64,000 nucleotides of DNA from an uncultured Clostridia bacterium (GTDB lineage: Bacteria > Bacillota > Clostridia > Christensenellales > Borkfalkiaceae). Position numbers and translations under genes: made by a program. Positions 28,251 through 36,702 of this stretch are shown here, in pieces. Location of the stretch: positions 31,235 through 95,234 of the forward strand of contig CANREJ010000001.1 of NCBI GenBank assembly GCA_947629665.1, read 5' to 3'. The notes beneath the pieces are model-generated. The model was not told the origin of the DNA, ran no database searches, and saw only the letters and a list, made by a program, of their open reading frames with translations. How positions within the stretch are numbered: position 1 is the stretch's first letter; every line of letters begins with the position of its first letter.

Positions 28251-31200
28251 ATGACGGATTTTGTACATTTACATTTGCACACCGAATATTCACTTTTGGA
28301 CGGCGCCTGCAAAATCGACAATTTGATAGGGCACTGCAAAAAGAACGGAATCGATACCGTATGTATTACCGACCACGGCAATATGTACGGCACGTTGCAA
28401 CTTGCCGAAAAGGCGTCTGTTGCGGGCATTAAATACATAATCGGCTGTGAGTTTTATTTAACAAAAGATATGCACGATAAAACCTCAAACACGGCGGAGC
28501 ATCTCATTTTGCTTGCAAAGAATAAAATCGGCTATAAAAATTTAGTTCAGCTCGACTCAATGGCCTTTGTCGACGGATTTTATTATAAACCCAAAATAGA
28601 TTATAAAGTTTTAAAAGAGCATTCCCAGGGGATAATTTGCCTTTCCGCGTGCCTCGCGGGCGGAATTCCCAGGCGGCTTTTGGTAAACGATTACGAAGGC
28701 GCAAAGGAGCTTGCGCTATATTTAAAAGACGTTTTCGGGGATGATTTTTATATTGAAATACAGAACCATGGCATTGATGACGAGCGCAAAGTATTGCCGT
28801 TGCTTATACAGCTTGCAAACGAAATAGGCGTTGAATTGGTAGCTACGAACGACGTACATTATATAGAAAAAGCCGATGCCGAGATGCAGGATGTACTGAT
28901 GTGCATACAAATGAAAAAGCAGCTTGACGACCCCAAGAGAATGAAATTCGAAACGCAGGAATTTTATTTTAAAACGGGCGACCAGATGGCGGAGCTTTTT
29001 CCCAACCTGCCGCAGGCTATTTCCAACACTCGCGTTATAGCAAACAAAGTAACCGAACCTGCTTTTAATTTGGACAAAAAGGGGTATCCAATCAAAGATA
29101 CTTCACTCATTCCCATGTTTACGCCTCCCGACGGCTCAACCGCAGAGCAATATTTAAGAAATCTCACAGACGTTGGTCTTAAAAAGAGATACGGAACGCC
29201 TACACAAAGAGAGCTTGACAGGGCAAAATACGAGCTTGACATAATATGCGGTATGGGCTACGCCGATTATTATCTTGTGGTATGGGACTTTATAAATTGG
29301 TCCAAGGAGCGGGGGATTCCCGTAGGCCCCGGCAGAGGTTCGGGCGTCAGCTCAATTGTTGCATATTCGATAGGCATTACCGACGTCGAGCCATTGCAAT
29401 ACGATTTGCTGTTTGAAAGATTTTTAAATCCCGACAGGGTTTCGATGCCCGACTTCGATATAGACTTTTGCACGGACAGGCGCGAAGAAACAATAGAGTA
29501 CGTGCGGCAAAAATACGGCAGGGAAAATGTTTGCCAGATTGTTACATTTGGAACAATGGCGGCCAAAAACTCCATAAAAGACGTAGGCAGGGTTATGCGT
29601 GTGCCGTATTCCGAAACGGACAGGCTCACTAAAATTATGGACGGCAAAACTTCAATAACCGATTTGTTGGGCAGAAGAATAGAGGCGGCCGAGGCCGCGC
29701 TCAAAGCCGAAACCGATGATGACAAAAAGCCCGACCTTGAACAAAAAGTTATTGATTTAAAAGCGGCAAAGAACAGGGAGTTTTGCGAAATTTACGAAAC
29801 GGACGCCACGCTTAAAAGAGTAATAGACATGGCGCTCAATATAGAGGGAATGCCCAGGCAAACAGGCATGCACGCCGCAGGCGTTGTTATCTGCCAAAAG
29901 AGGATTGCCGACAACGTGCCGCTTTCACGCAACGGCGAGGATATAACCACGCAATTTGTGGCAAAAGAAATAGAAGCGTTGGGAATGTTAAAAATGGACT
30001 TTCTTGCGCTTGTTACCTTGACCGATATAAAGAAATGTTTGGATTACATAAAGGAAAATCACAATAAAGAAATTGATTTTAATAAAATAGGTTATAAGGA
30101 CGAGGGTGCCTATCAACTTATTGCCGAAGGCGATACGGACGGGGTGTTCCAACTCGAAGCGGGCGGCATGAAAAGGTTTATGAAAAACCTCAAACCCGAC
30201 TGCCTTGAAGATCTAATCGCGGGCGTTTCTCTTTACCGCCCCGGCCCCATGAAGTTTATCGACCAATTCTGCCGCAGAAAACATGGCGAGGAGGAAATAA
30301 CTTACGACTGCCCCCAGGAAGAGAAAATTTTAAAAGTAACCTACGGAATTCCCGTTTACCAGGAGCAGGTTATGCAAATATTCCAGGATTTAGCGGGTTT
30401 TTCACTTGGGGAAGCCGATCTTGTTCGCCGCGCAATGGGCAAAAAAGATAAAAAAACACTTATGGCGCAAAAGGAAAAGTTTATAAACGGCGGCATAAGC
30501 GATATTAACGGTTCACATATAAAGGGGTGCGTCCACAATGGAATTTCCGCGGAGACGGCAAATAAAATTTTCGGCGATATGGAGGGTTTCGCTTCCTATG
30601 CGTTCAATAAATCCCATGCGGCGGCATATGGCACGCTCGCTTACCAAACTGCCTGGCTGAAAAAATATTACTGCAAAGAGTTCATATGCGCGCTTTTAAA
30701 CAACCGCCTGAATAAAATAGACGAGATTACCAAGTACGTCTTATATTTGAGGGAAAAAGGCTACAAAGTTTACCCGCCCGACATAAATAAGAGTAAAACG
30801 TTTTTCACTGTTGAAAATAACGGCGTAAGATTCGGTCTTTCCGCGTTAAAAGGCATCGGTCAGGGCGTAATTGAAGTAATAATGGAGGAAAGGACAAAGA
30901 GTGGCCCGTTTTCTGACTTCCCGGATTTTATTTTGCGGTGTACAAACGCACTCAGCGACAAGCAGCAGTCGGGTGTGGCCGCGGGAACGTTAAATTCAAG
31001 GCTTGTTGAAGGCTTGATTTATTCGGGGGCATTTGACGAAATGGGGGTAAAGCGTTCGCAACTCGCACAGGTCTATGAACCGCTTTGCGCCCGTGCAAAA
31101 ATTATAGGCAAACAACATTCAAGCGCGCAAATGAGCTTTTTCGGCGATATTTTAGCCGAAGAAAAACTTGAAGTTACATATCCCGATATTCCCGAATATG

Positions 31201-31889
31201 AAACCAACGAAAAACTTGCGCTTGAAAAGGAAGTGCTTGGCGTATATGTAAGCGGACACCCGTTTGAGCGCTACATGAATGTTGTTCCCGATTGCAACTT
31301 TGACTGTTCGCTTTTGGACGATTATGTTGAAGATGAGGACGGAAACCGCACTTATAACCAACTTACAGACGGTATGCACATTACTATGTCTGGCATAATA
31401 TCCTCATTCAGGCGCACAACCACCAAAAGAACGGGCGCGTACATGGCGTTTATGACCCTTGAAGACGTGTACGGCAGTTTGGAGTGCGTCTGCTTCCCGC
31501 AAGTTTATGAAAAGGTTAAAGCGATTGTCGGCAATGACAGAATAGTAAAAATTAACGGCAAGCTGGATATAGATTACGAAAAGGGAATTTCCTGCATTAT
31601 AGACGATGTGAGCGAAGTAAGTGCCATTGACGACCAAAACAGCCAAACAGCGAAGGGTGCAGGCGATTCATCGGCAACTCTATGGCTCAACGCAACGGCA
31701 ATAGAAGAGGATAGATTTAACGAACTTATAACTGTTTTGGGCAATTATCCCGGTGATTTGCCCTGCAAAATCGTAAGAGGCGATAAACGTTATAAATATC
31801 CCACGGGAGTTAATTATTGCAGGGGGCTTTTGGCGGAACTGTACTCATATTTGGAGCAGAAGGACGTAAAATACGTTGAATCAAAATAA
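28251..31889 (+). CDS. dnaE: DNA polymerase III subunit alpha (DnaE type)
   Basis: 1212 aa. N-terminal PHP (FVHLHLHTEYSLLDG), Pol III alpha core, HhH, and an OB fold. Confidence 0.96.
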   Translation: MTDFVHLHLHTEYSLLDGACKIDNLIGHCKKNGIDTVCITDHGNMYGTLQLAEKASVAGIKYIIGCEFYLTKDMHDKTSNTAEHLILLAKNKIGYKNLVQLDSMAFVDGFYYKPKIDYKVLKEHSQGIICLSACLAGGIPRRLLVNDYEGAKELALYLKDVFGDDFYIEIQNHGIDDERKVLPLLIQLANEIGVELVATNDVHYIEKADAEMQDVLMCIQMKKQLDDPKRMKFETQEFYFKTGDQMAELFPNLPQAISNTRVIANKVTEPAFNLDKKGYPIKDTSLIPMFTPPDGSTAEQYLRNLTDVGLKKRYGTPTQRELDRAKYELDIICGMGYADYYLVVWDFINWSKERGIPVGPGRGSGVSSIVAYSIGITDVEPLQYDLLFERFLNPDRVSMPDFDIDFCTDRREETIEYVRQKYGRENVCQIVTFGTMAAKNSIKDVGRVMRVPYSETDRLTKIMDGKTSITDLLGRRIEAAEAALKAETDDDKKPDLEQKVIDLKAAKNREFCEIYETDATLKRVIDMALNIEGMPRQTGMHAAGVVICQKRIADNVPLSRNGEDITTQFVAKEIEALGMLKMDFLALVTLTDIKKCLDYIKENHNKEIDFNKIGYKDEGAYQLIAEGDTDGVFQLEAGGMKRFMKNLKPDCLEDLIAGVSLYRPGPMKFIDQFCRRKHGEEEITYDCPQEEKILKVTYGIPVYQEQVMQIFQDLAGFSLGEADLVRRAMGKKDKKTLMAQKEKFINGGISDINGSHIKGCVHNGISAETANKIFGDMEGFASYAFNKSHAAAYGTLAYQTAWLKKYYCKEFICALLNNRLNKIDEITKYVLYLREKGYKVYPPDINKSKTFFTVENNGVRFGLSALKGIGQGVIEVIMEERTKSGPFSDFPDFILRCTNALSDKQQSGVAAGTLNSRLVEGLIYSGAFDEMGVKRSQLAQVYEPLCARAKIIGKQHSSAQMSFFGDILAEEKLEVTYPDIPEYETNEKLALEKEVLGVYVSGHPFERYMNVVPDCNFDCSLLDDYVEDEDGNRTYNQLTDGMHITMSGIISSFRRTTTKRTGAYMAFMTLEDVYGSLECVCFPQVYEKVKAIVGNDRIVKINGKLDIDYEKGISCIIDDVSEVSAIDDQNSQTAKGAGDSSATLWLNATAIEEDRFNELITVLGNYPGDLPCKIVRGDKRYKYPTGVNYCRGLLAELYSYLEQKDVKYVESK

Positions 31890-31903
31890 TTTTATAAAAA
31901 GGG

Positions 31904-31932
31904 TTGTATTTTATGGTTTTATCTGTTATAAT
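31904..31932 (+). promoter_or_regulatory. Sigma-A promoter for pfkA
   Basis: TTGTAT, 17 nt, TATAAT. Confidence 0.5.
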
Positions 31933-32013
31933 ATCACTTGGAAATGATGAGAGTGTTCCGTGCTTGTTTAAGGGGGCTGCACGGAACATATAGTTGTGTG
32001 TGGAGGTTGATAG

Positions 32014-32976
32014 ATGAAAAGAATTGGCTTGCTTACAAGCGGCGGCGATGCTCCCGGAATGAATGCGTGCATAAGGGCAGTTGTGCGCACTGCGATTTAC
32101 TTTGGAATGGAAGTATACGGAATTGAGCGCGGGTACCAGGGACTTATTGACGATGACATGATTCCTATGGAGATGCGCTCCGTTTCGGATATTGTTCAAA
32201 GGGGCGGCACAAAGTTGAGAACTGCGCGTTGCCTGGAAATGCTCACCAAAGAGGGGCAAAAGAGAGCCGTAAAAACGCTTGAAGCGCGCGGCATAGACGG
32301 GCTTGTCGTAATAGGCGGCGACGGTTCTTTCAGAGGAGCAAAATGCCTTTCGGAAGAGTACGGCGTGCCTACGATAGGGATCCCCGGCACAATAGATAAC
32401 GACCTTGAATACACAGATTATACTCTCGGTTTTGATACGGCAGTCAACACATGTATCGACGTAATAAACAAGTTGCGCGATACTATGACTTCCCACGAAA
32501 GGATTTCGGTTGTTGAAGTTATGGGTAGACGATGCGGAGATATAGCTCTGTATGCAGGTATTGCAAGCGGCGCCGAAATTATCGTTGTGCCCGAAGTTGT
32601 GTTTGACTTGGACGATATAGTGATGAAAATTAACCGTTCGAGGGCAAACGGCAAACATTCCAACATTGTTGTTGTTGCCGAAGGCGTTTGCACGGCAGAC
32701 GAATTTGCAAAGCAGTTGCAATCCGTTACAACGTATTCGGTTCGCCCCACAACGATCGGTCATATCCAAAGGGGCGGTTCGCCGTCTATGGCGGACAGAA
32801 TGCTTGCGGCGCAGTTCGGTAATAAGGCCATTCGCCTTCTCAATGACGGCATAGGCAATAGGGTTGTCGGTATTCATAAAAACGAAATCATAGATATGGA
32901 TATTATTGAAGCGGTCAGCATGAAGAAAAAGTTTAATTATGAACTTTATGAAACACTGCAAATGATTTCAATGTAA
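32014..32976 (+). CDS. pfkA: ATP-dependent 6-phosphofructokinase
   Basis: 320 aa with MKRIGLLTSGGDAPGMNA, GGDGS, PGTIDND, MGR. Confidence 0.95.
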   Translation: MKRIGLLTSGGDAPGMNACIRAVVRTAIYFGMEVYGIERGYQGLIDDDMIPMEMRSVSDIVQRGGTKLRTARCLEMLTKEGQKRAVKTLEARGIDGLVVIGGDGSFRGAKCLSEEYGVPTIGIPGTIDNDLEYTDYTLGFDTAVNTCIDVINKLRDTMTSHERISVVEVMGRRCGDIALYAGIASGAEIIVVPEVVFDLDDIVMKINRSRANGKHSNIVVVAEGVCTADEFAKQLQSVTTYSVRPTTIGHIQRGGSPSMADRMLAAQFGNKAIRLLNDGIGNRVVGIHKNEIIDMDIIEAVSMKKKFNYELYETLQMISM

Positions 32977-33029
32977 TTTTAAAGGCCGCTTTGGTAGCGG
33001 TCTTTTTTGAGATAAGAGGGAAATATTTA

Positions 33030-33968
33030 ATGATTTTAACCGTATGTTTAAGCCCGTGTATAGACGTAAACCTTGAAGTTGAGTCTTTAAATGTGGGCAA
33101 ATCGCATAAAATTTTAAGCAAAAGAGTATTTTTTACCGGTAAAGCTATTAATGTTGCAATAGGTTTGGCAAGGCTTAAAGTGGATTCTTTTGCCACGGGT
33201 TTTATGTACGAAGAAAACGGGCATCAGTTTGAGCAAGAACTCCACAGAGAGGGTGTAACTTATAAATTTGTATGGAACAAGGGCAGGGTACGCGAAAATT
33301 ATAAATTTATAGACCATAAGTCAATGCTCACCGAAATTGACGATATAAGCCCTATGGTCAGTGAAGAAAAACAGGAAGAACTCATTAAATTAATATCGCG
33401 GCTTTCTCCATCATGTGAGGCCGTAGTAATTTCCGGCGGGTTAGCCAAGGGAATGTCTCCTGATTTTTACGGCAGGGTTTTAAGCGTGGTGCCTTCAAAC
33501 GTTAAAAGGGTTGTAGACTCCGAGGGCGAGAGGCTTTTCAGTTCGCTTAAATACGGGGTTGACCTTGTGAAGCCCAATCTTGAAGAACTTGAAAGAAGTT
33601 TACAGCGCTCAATAGTAACCCAGGCGGAAATGCTTGCCGCCTGCAACGAGCTTATAAAATTCGGCACAAAGCGCGTGTTACTGTCGCTTGGAAAGAGCGG
33701 TGCGATTATCGCCGACGGTACTTCCGCATTCTACTGCAAGAGTTTAAATGTTGCTATGAATTCCACATTGGGCGCGGGCGATAGCATGGTTGCCGCCGCA
33801 ACAAGTGCACTTGTTAAAAATGCCTCGATTGAAGAGATTTTGCGGCAGGGCGTGGCCGCAGGGACGGCCGCAGTAACAAGCCCGGACAGCATTTCATTTA
33901 ATAAAGATAAATACGAAGAAATTTTATCAACGCTCAGCGTTACCGAAATAACGGATTATAAATTTTAA
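33030..33968 (+). CDS. PfkB-family sugar-phosphate kinase (1-phosphofructokinase / tagatose-6-phosphate kinase type)
   Basis: N-terminus MILTVCLSPCIDV, and a GAGDSMVAA motif near the C-terminus. ATG at 33030 after AGAGGGA. Confidence 0.85.
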   Translation: MILTVCLSPCIDVNLEVESLNVGKSHKILSKRVFFTGKAINVAIGLARLKVDSFATGFMYEENGHQFEQELHREGVTYKFVWNKGRVRENYKFIDHKSMLTEIDDISPMVSEEKQEELIKLISRLSPSCEAVVISGGLAKGMSPDFYGRVLSVVPSNVKRVVDSEGERLFSSLKYGVDLVKPNLEELERSLQRSIVTQAEMLAACNELIKFGTKRVLLSLGKSGAIIADGTSAFYCKSLNVAMNSTLGAGDSMVAAATSALVKNASIEEILRQGVAAGTAAVTSPDSISFNKDKYEEILSTLSVTEITDYKF

Positions 33969-33980
33969 GGAGATTTTGCA

Positions 33981-34517
33981 ATGAATTGGAACAGCAAGGC
34001 ACCGATGGAACTGCTCTCACATATGCCGCCAAAACTTTCAAAGGATAATCTTAAAGCTATACAGGCAGTTATAGATAACGATAAATTAATTTGCAGTACA
34101 ATGTTAAAACGCGACCTTTGCGGCTCTTATGCCCCGTTCTGCGCCCTGTGCGACCGGTCAATGAGTACTCCTTGCGCGGTTGCATATTTAAGAATGAAAC
34201 AAGCGGAGGGGATACAGCTTGAAATTGCCGTATCCGATGAAGAAAACGAGGCTCAGGAAGTTGCTGTTCCGCAAGCCATAGAAGAGGCACCTGCCGAGAT
34301 TGTTGCCGAGCAAAATTTGGAATCCGTAGTTGACGAGGGCGACGTTATTGAAGCGGAGGAGCAACAGCCCGCAGAAGAACCTGTATCGGCAGAGCCTGAG
34401 GCTCCCGTTGTAGTTTCCGAATATGAAGCTGTTGAGACTGTCAAAGAACCGGAAGAGGAGCCTGTTACGCCTAAAAGAACAATAAGAATTGCAATTGCAA
34501 AGCGAAAAAAATCATAA
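33981..34517 (+). CDS. Hypothetical protein: Cys-containing N-terminal domain plus a long acidic E/P/A/V-rich tail
   Basis: 178 aa, GGAG ribosome-binding site. N-terminal region with CSTM...CGSYAPFCALCDRSMSTPCAVAY. The tail is low complexity, ending KRTIRIAIAKRKKS. Confidence 0.5.
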   Translation: MNWNSKAPMELLSHMPPKLSKDNLKAIQAVIDNDKLICSTMLKRDLCGSYAPFCALCDRSMSTPCAVAYLRMKQAEGIQLEIAVSDEENEAQEVAVPQAIEEAPAEIVAEQNLESVVDEGDVIEAEEQQPAEEPVSAEPEAPVVVSEYEAVETVKEPEEEPVTPKRTIRIAIAKRKKS

Positions 34518-34522
34518 ATTTT

Positions 34523-34551
34523 ATTGCGGGCTATGCCCGCAATTTCTTTTT
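34523..34551 (+). terminator. Intrinsic terminator
   Basis: attgcgggc-tat-gcccgcaat followed by TTCTTTTT. Confidence 0.65.
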
Positions 34552-34580
34552 GTAAAATTTGTCAAATACTCAAAAAAGAA

Positions 34581-34609
34581 TTGACAATATATGCGTTTTA
34601 AAATATAAT
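34581..34609 (+). promoter_or_regulatory. Perfect consensus sigma-A promoter for tRNA-Thr
   Basis: TTGACA, 17 nt, TATAAT, about 20 nt upstream of the tRNA. Confidence 0.65.
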
Positions 34610-34628
34610 ATTTAAGTAAATTAAATGC

Positions 34629-34704
<76 letters not shown>

Positions 34705-34711
34705 TTAAACA

Positions 34712-34745
34712 GCCCGCCGCATTTTGCGGCGGGCATAGTTTTTGG
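34712..34745 (+). terminator. Intrinsic terminator after tRNA-Thr
   Basis: gcccgccgc-atttt-gcggcgggc followed by ATAGTTTTT. Confidence 0.7.
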
Positions 34746-34867
34746 CTGTCGAGCGGCAGATGAAATAACGTAACGCGATTGCGCTTTGCGAACAATCGCT
34801 ATTCCGTCCAAAAATTATCTTAATTATCGGGAATTAAGCGTAGAGGTGAATTTAATTTGCCGAAAAC

Positions 34868-34896
34868 TTGATTTTATTTTACCTTTTTGCTATAAT
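34868..34896 (+). promoter_or_regulatory. Sigma-A promoter for the Mrr-like gene
   Basis: TTGATT, 17 nt, TATAAT. Confidence 0.5.
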
Positions 34897-34925
34897 TTTA
34901 AAAAAGATAAAATATGAGGCGAAAC

Positions 34926-35804
34926 ATGGAAGTTAAGGTTCCTACATATGACCAATTGATTAATCCTTGTTTTATGGCAATTAAAGCGCTGGGCGGATCG
35001 GCTTCAAATGACGAGATTTACGACGGCGTCGTCAAACAATTATCCTTGTCCAAAGCGGTATTGGAAGTGCAACAGCCGGGCCGTGCTGCCGTTTCTAAGA
35101 TTGCGTATAATTTGGCATGGGCACGTACATATTTAAAAAAATACGGCGCAATCATCAATACTGCGCGTTCGATATGGACTATAACTACCGAATTTTCCAA
35201 TATCCAAAATGTTGATGCAAAAACAGTTGTTGGTTTTGTAAGGAATTTGGAAGCTAAATCAACAAATAAACAAGACGGCAAAGACCAAGAGTTTGGGCAA
35301 GACTCCGTAACCATTAGTGAAGATGAAGAACCGGAAGAAATTTCATCTTGGAGAGTGCGTATGGCTGAGATTCTTCAAAATATGAATCCATACGGATTTG
35401 AGCGTTTTGTACAATTGTTATTGAGAAATTGCGGCATAGAAAACGTTGAAGTAACAAAGAAATCCGGTGATGGCGGTATTGATGGATTAGGTGAGTATAA
35501 ATTAAGCGGTATTTTTAGTTTTAAACTTGCATTTCAATGTAAAAGATACTCTGGCAATGTCGGTAGCAGTGAGATACGCGATTTTCGCGGTTCACTCTCA
35601 ACCGATATTGAAAAGGCTATATTTGTAACAACGGGGCGGTTCAGCCAGGCCGCTAAAAGCGAAGCAAAAGCGCCCGGTAAAAAACCTATCGATTTAATGG
35701 ATGGGGAGATGCTTATTGATAAAATCGCCGAACTGCGGTTGGGCGTATCACCCAAAACGGTCTATGAAATTGATGACAGATTTTATGCGCAGTACAATGA
35801 ATAG
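34926..35804 (+). CDS. Mrr-like restriction endonuclease (Mrr_N winged helix plus Mrr catalytic domain)
   Basis: N-terminus VPTYDQLINPCFMAIKALGG, typical of Mrr_N. C-terminal PD-(D/E)xK-like GDGGIDG...FQCKRY. The ATG at 34926 has GAGG 6 nt upstream, whereas the ATG at 34914 would lie almost at the transcription start. Confidence 0.8.
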   Translation: MEVKVPTYDQLINPCFMAIKALGGSASNDEIYDGVVKQLSLSKAVLEVQQPGRAAVSKIAYNLAWARTYLKKYGAIINTARSIWTITTEFSNIQNVDAKTVVGFVRNLEAKSTNKQDGKDQEFGQDSVTISEDEEPEEISSWRVRMAEILQNMNPYGFERFVQLLLRNCGIENVEVTKKSGDGGIDGLGEYKLSGIFSFKLAFQCKRYSGNVGSSEIRDFRGSLSTDIEKAIFVTTGRFSQAAKSEAKAPGKKPIDLMDGEMLIDKIAELRLGVSPKTVYEIDDRFYAQYNE

Positions 35805-35820
35805 TAGTCAAACTTTATTA

Positions 35821-36408
35821 TTATATATTTCTCATTAAGCCGACTACTTTACCTAAAATTTCAACGTTGTCAAAAATAAAATCTTGCATGTCGTCATTTT
35901 CGGGATGTAAAATTACTTTGCCGTTCTTTTTAAAAAACCGTTTAACCGTAGCGGAATCCTCTACAAGTGCAACCACAATGTCGCCGTTATCGGCCGTTTG
36001 CTGGCGCTTTACAACAACTTTATCGCCGTCAAACATGCCTATTTTAATCATGGAAGAGCCCTTAACGTTGAGCATGAACAAATCTTCACCCTCAAAAAAA
36101 TCACCGGGGATTGTGTAATAGCCCTCAAAATTTTCACTCGCAAAAATGGGTTGGCCTGCCGCAACCGTGCCAATTAAGGGAACGTTTACGGTGGGGCCGA
36201 GGTTTGCAAGCGCAACCGCACGGTTTTTATTCCCCGTTTTTTTGAGCAGTCCGCGTTCAACCAATCTGTTGATAATTTGGTACGGTGTGGCGGTAGAGCT
36301 TATGTTACAGCCTTTGCAAATATCCCTGACAGTGGGCGCATACCCGTTGCTGTTTATAAAATCGCGTATAAATTCATAAACTTTTTCGTCATTATAGGCT
36401 TTTCTCAT
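35821..36408 (-). CDS. lexA: LexA repressor
   Basis: N-terminal winged HTH. AG cleavage site context (VAAGQPI). S24 peptidase Ser (GSSM) and Lys (VVKR). ATG at 36408 after GAGGA. Confidence 0.93.
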   Translation of the reverse strand: MRKAYNDEKVYEFIRDFINSNGYAPTVRDICKGCNISSTATPYQIINRLVERGLLKKTGNKNRAVALANLGPTVNVPLIGTVAAGQPIFASENFEGYYTIPGDFFEGEDLFMLNVKGSSMIKIGMFDGDKVVVKRQQTADNGDIVVALVEDSATVKRFFKKNGKVILHPENDDMQDFIFDNVEILGKVVGLMRNI

Positions 36409-36458
36409 ATAAATCCTCACTTATTACAATAATTTTAGCATATTTTTATATAAAAATC

Positions 36459-36470
36459 AAACAAATGTTC
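36459..36470. promoter_or_regulatory. Gram-positive SOS (Cheo) box in the lexA / microprotein divergent region
   Basis: AAACAAATGTTC (minus strand GAACATTTGTTT) has one mismatch to GAAC-N4-GTTC. It abuts a TTGATT-17-TAAAAT promoter reading toward lexA and lies just downstream of a TTACAA-17-TATATA promoter reading toward the + strand genes. Confidence 0.6.
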
Positions 36471-36513
36471 CTTAATTTTGATAGTTTAAATCAATTTATG
36501 GGAGGTTTTGCAT

Positions 36514-36702
36514 ATGAAGCATATTAAAGGAGAGGAGTGCGTGCTATACGACAGGGAGTGCATAGATTGCGGTGAGTGCGATATGTGCGACCTCGACCCC
36601 GATAAAATTTGCGACAACTGCGGCAAGTGTCTTGACATCCGCGACGACGCCGTAATTAAAATAGACGGCATAATTTTTGACGACAATAATAAAAATGATT
36701 AA
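36514..36702 (+). CDS. Acidic 8-cysteine microprotein (62 aa), function unknown
   Basis: GGGAGG lies 8 nt before the ATG. Sequence MKHIKGEECVLYDRECIDCGECDMCDLDPDKICDNCGKCLDIRDD..., with pattern C-x6-C-x2-C-x2-C-x2-C-x7-C-x2-C-x2-C. Confidence 0.55.
   Translation: MKHIKGEECVLYDRECIDCGECDMCDLDPDKICDNCGKCLDIRDDAVIKIDGIIFDDNNKND

Noticed and set aside
31810-32961. A 383-codon open reading frame on the minus strand covering all of pfkA and the end of dnaE.
   Set aside because: It is in exact antisense codon register with pfkA (both codon sets start at positions equal to 1 mod 3). It therefore stays open as long as pfkA avoids TTA, CTA and TCA codons, as expected for a highly expressed gene. Its translation is rich in C, R, H, N and F, has no recognisable motif and no ribosome-binding site. 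pfkA itself is unambiguous.
36514-36702. Calling the microprotein a SCIFF ranthipeptide precursor because of its MKHIK start and CGEC motif.
   Set aside because: There is no adjacent radical-SAM maturase. The peptide is longer, with 8 Cys and a long acidic tail, and the resemblance rests on a few residues recalled from memory.
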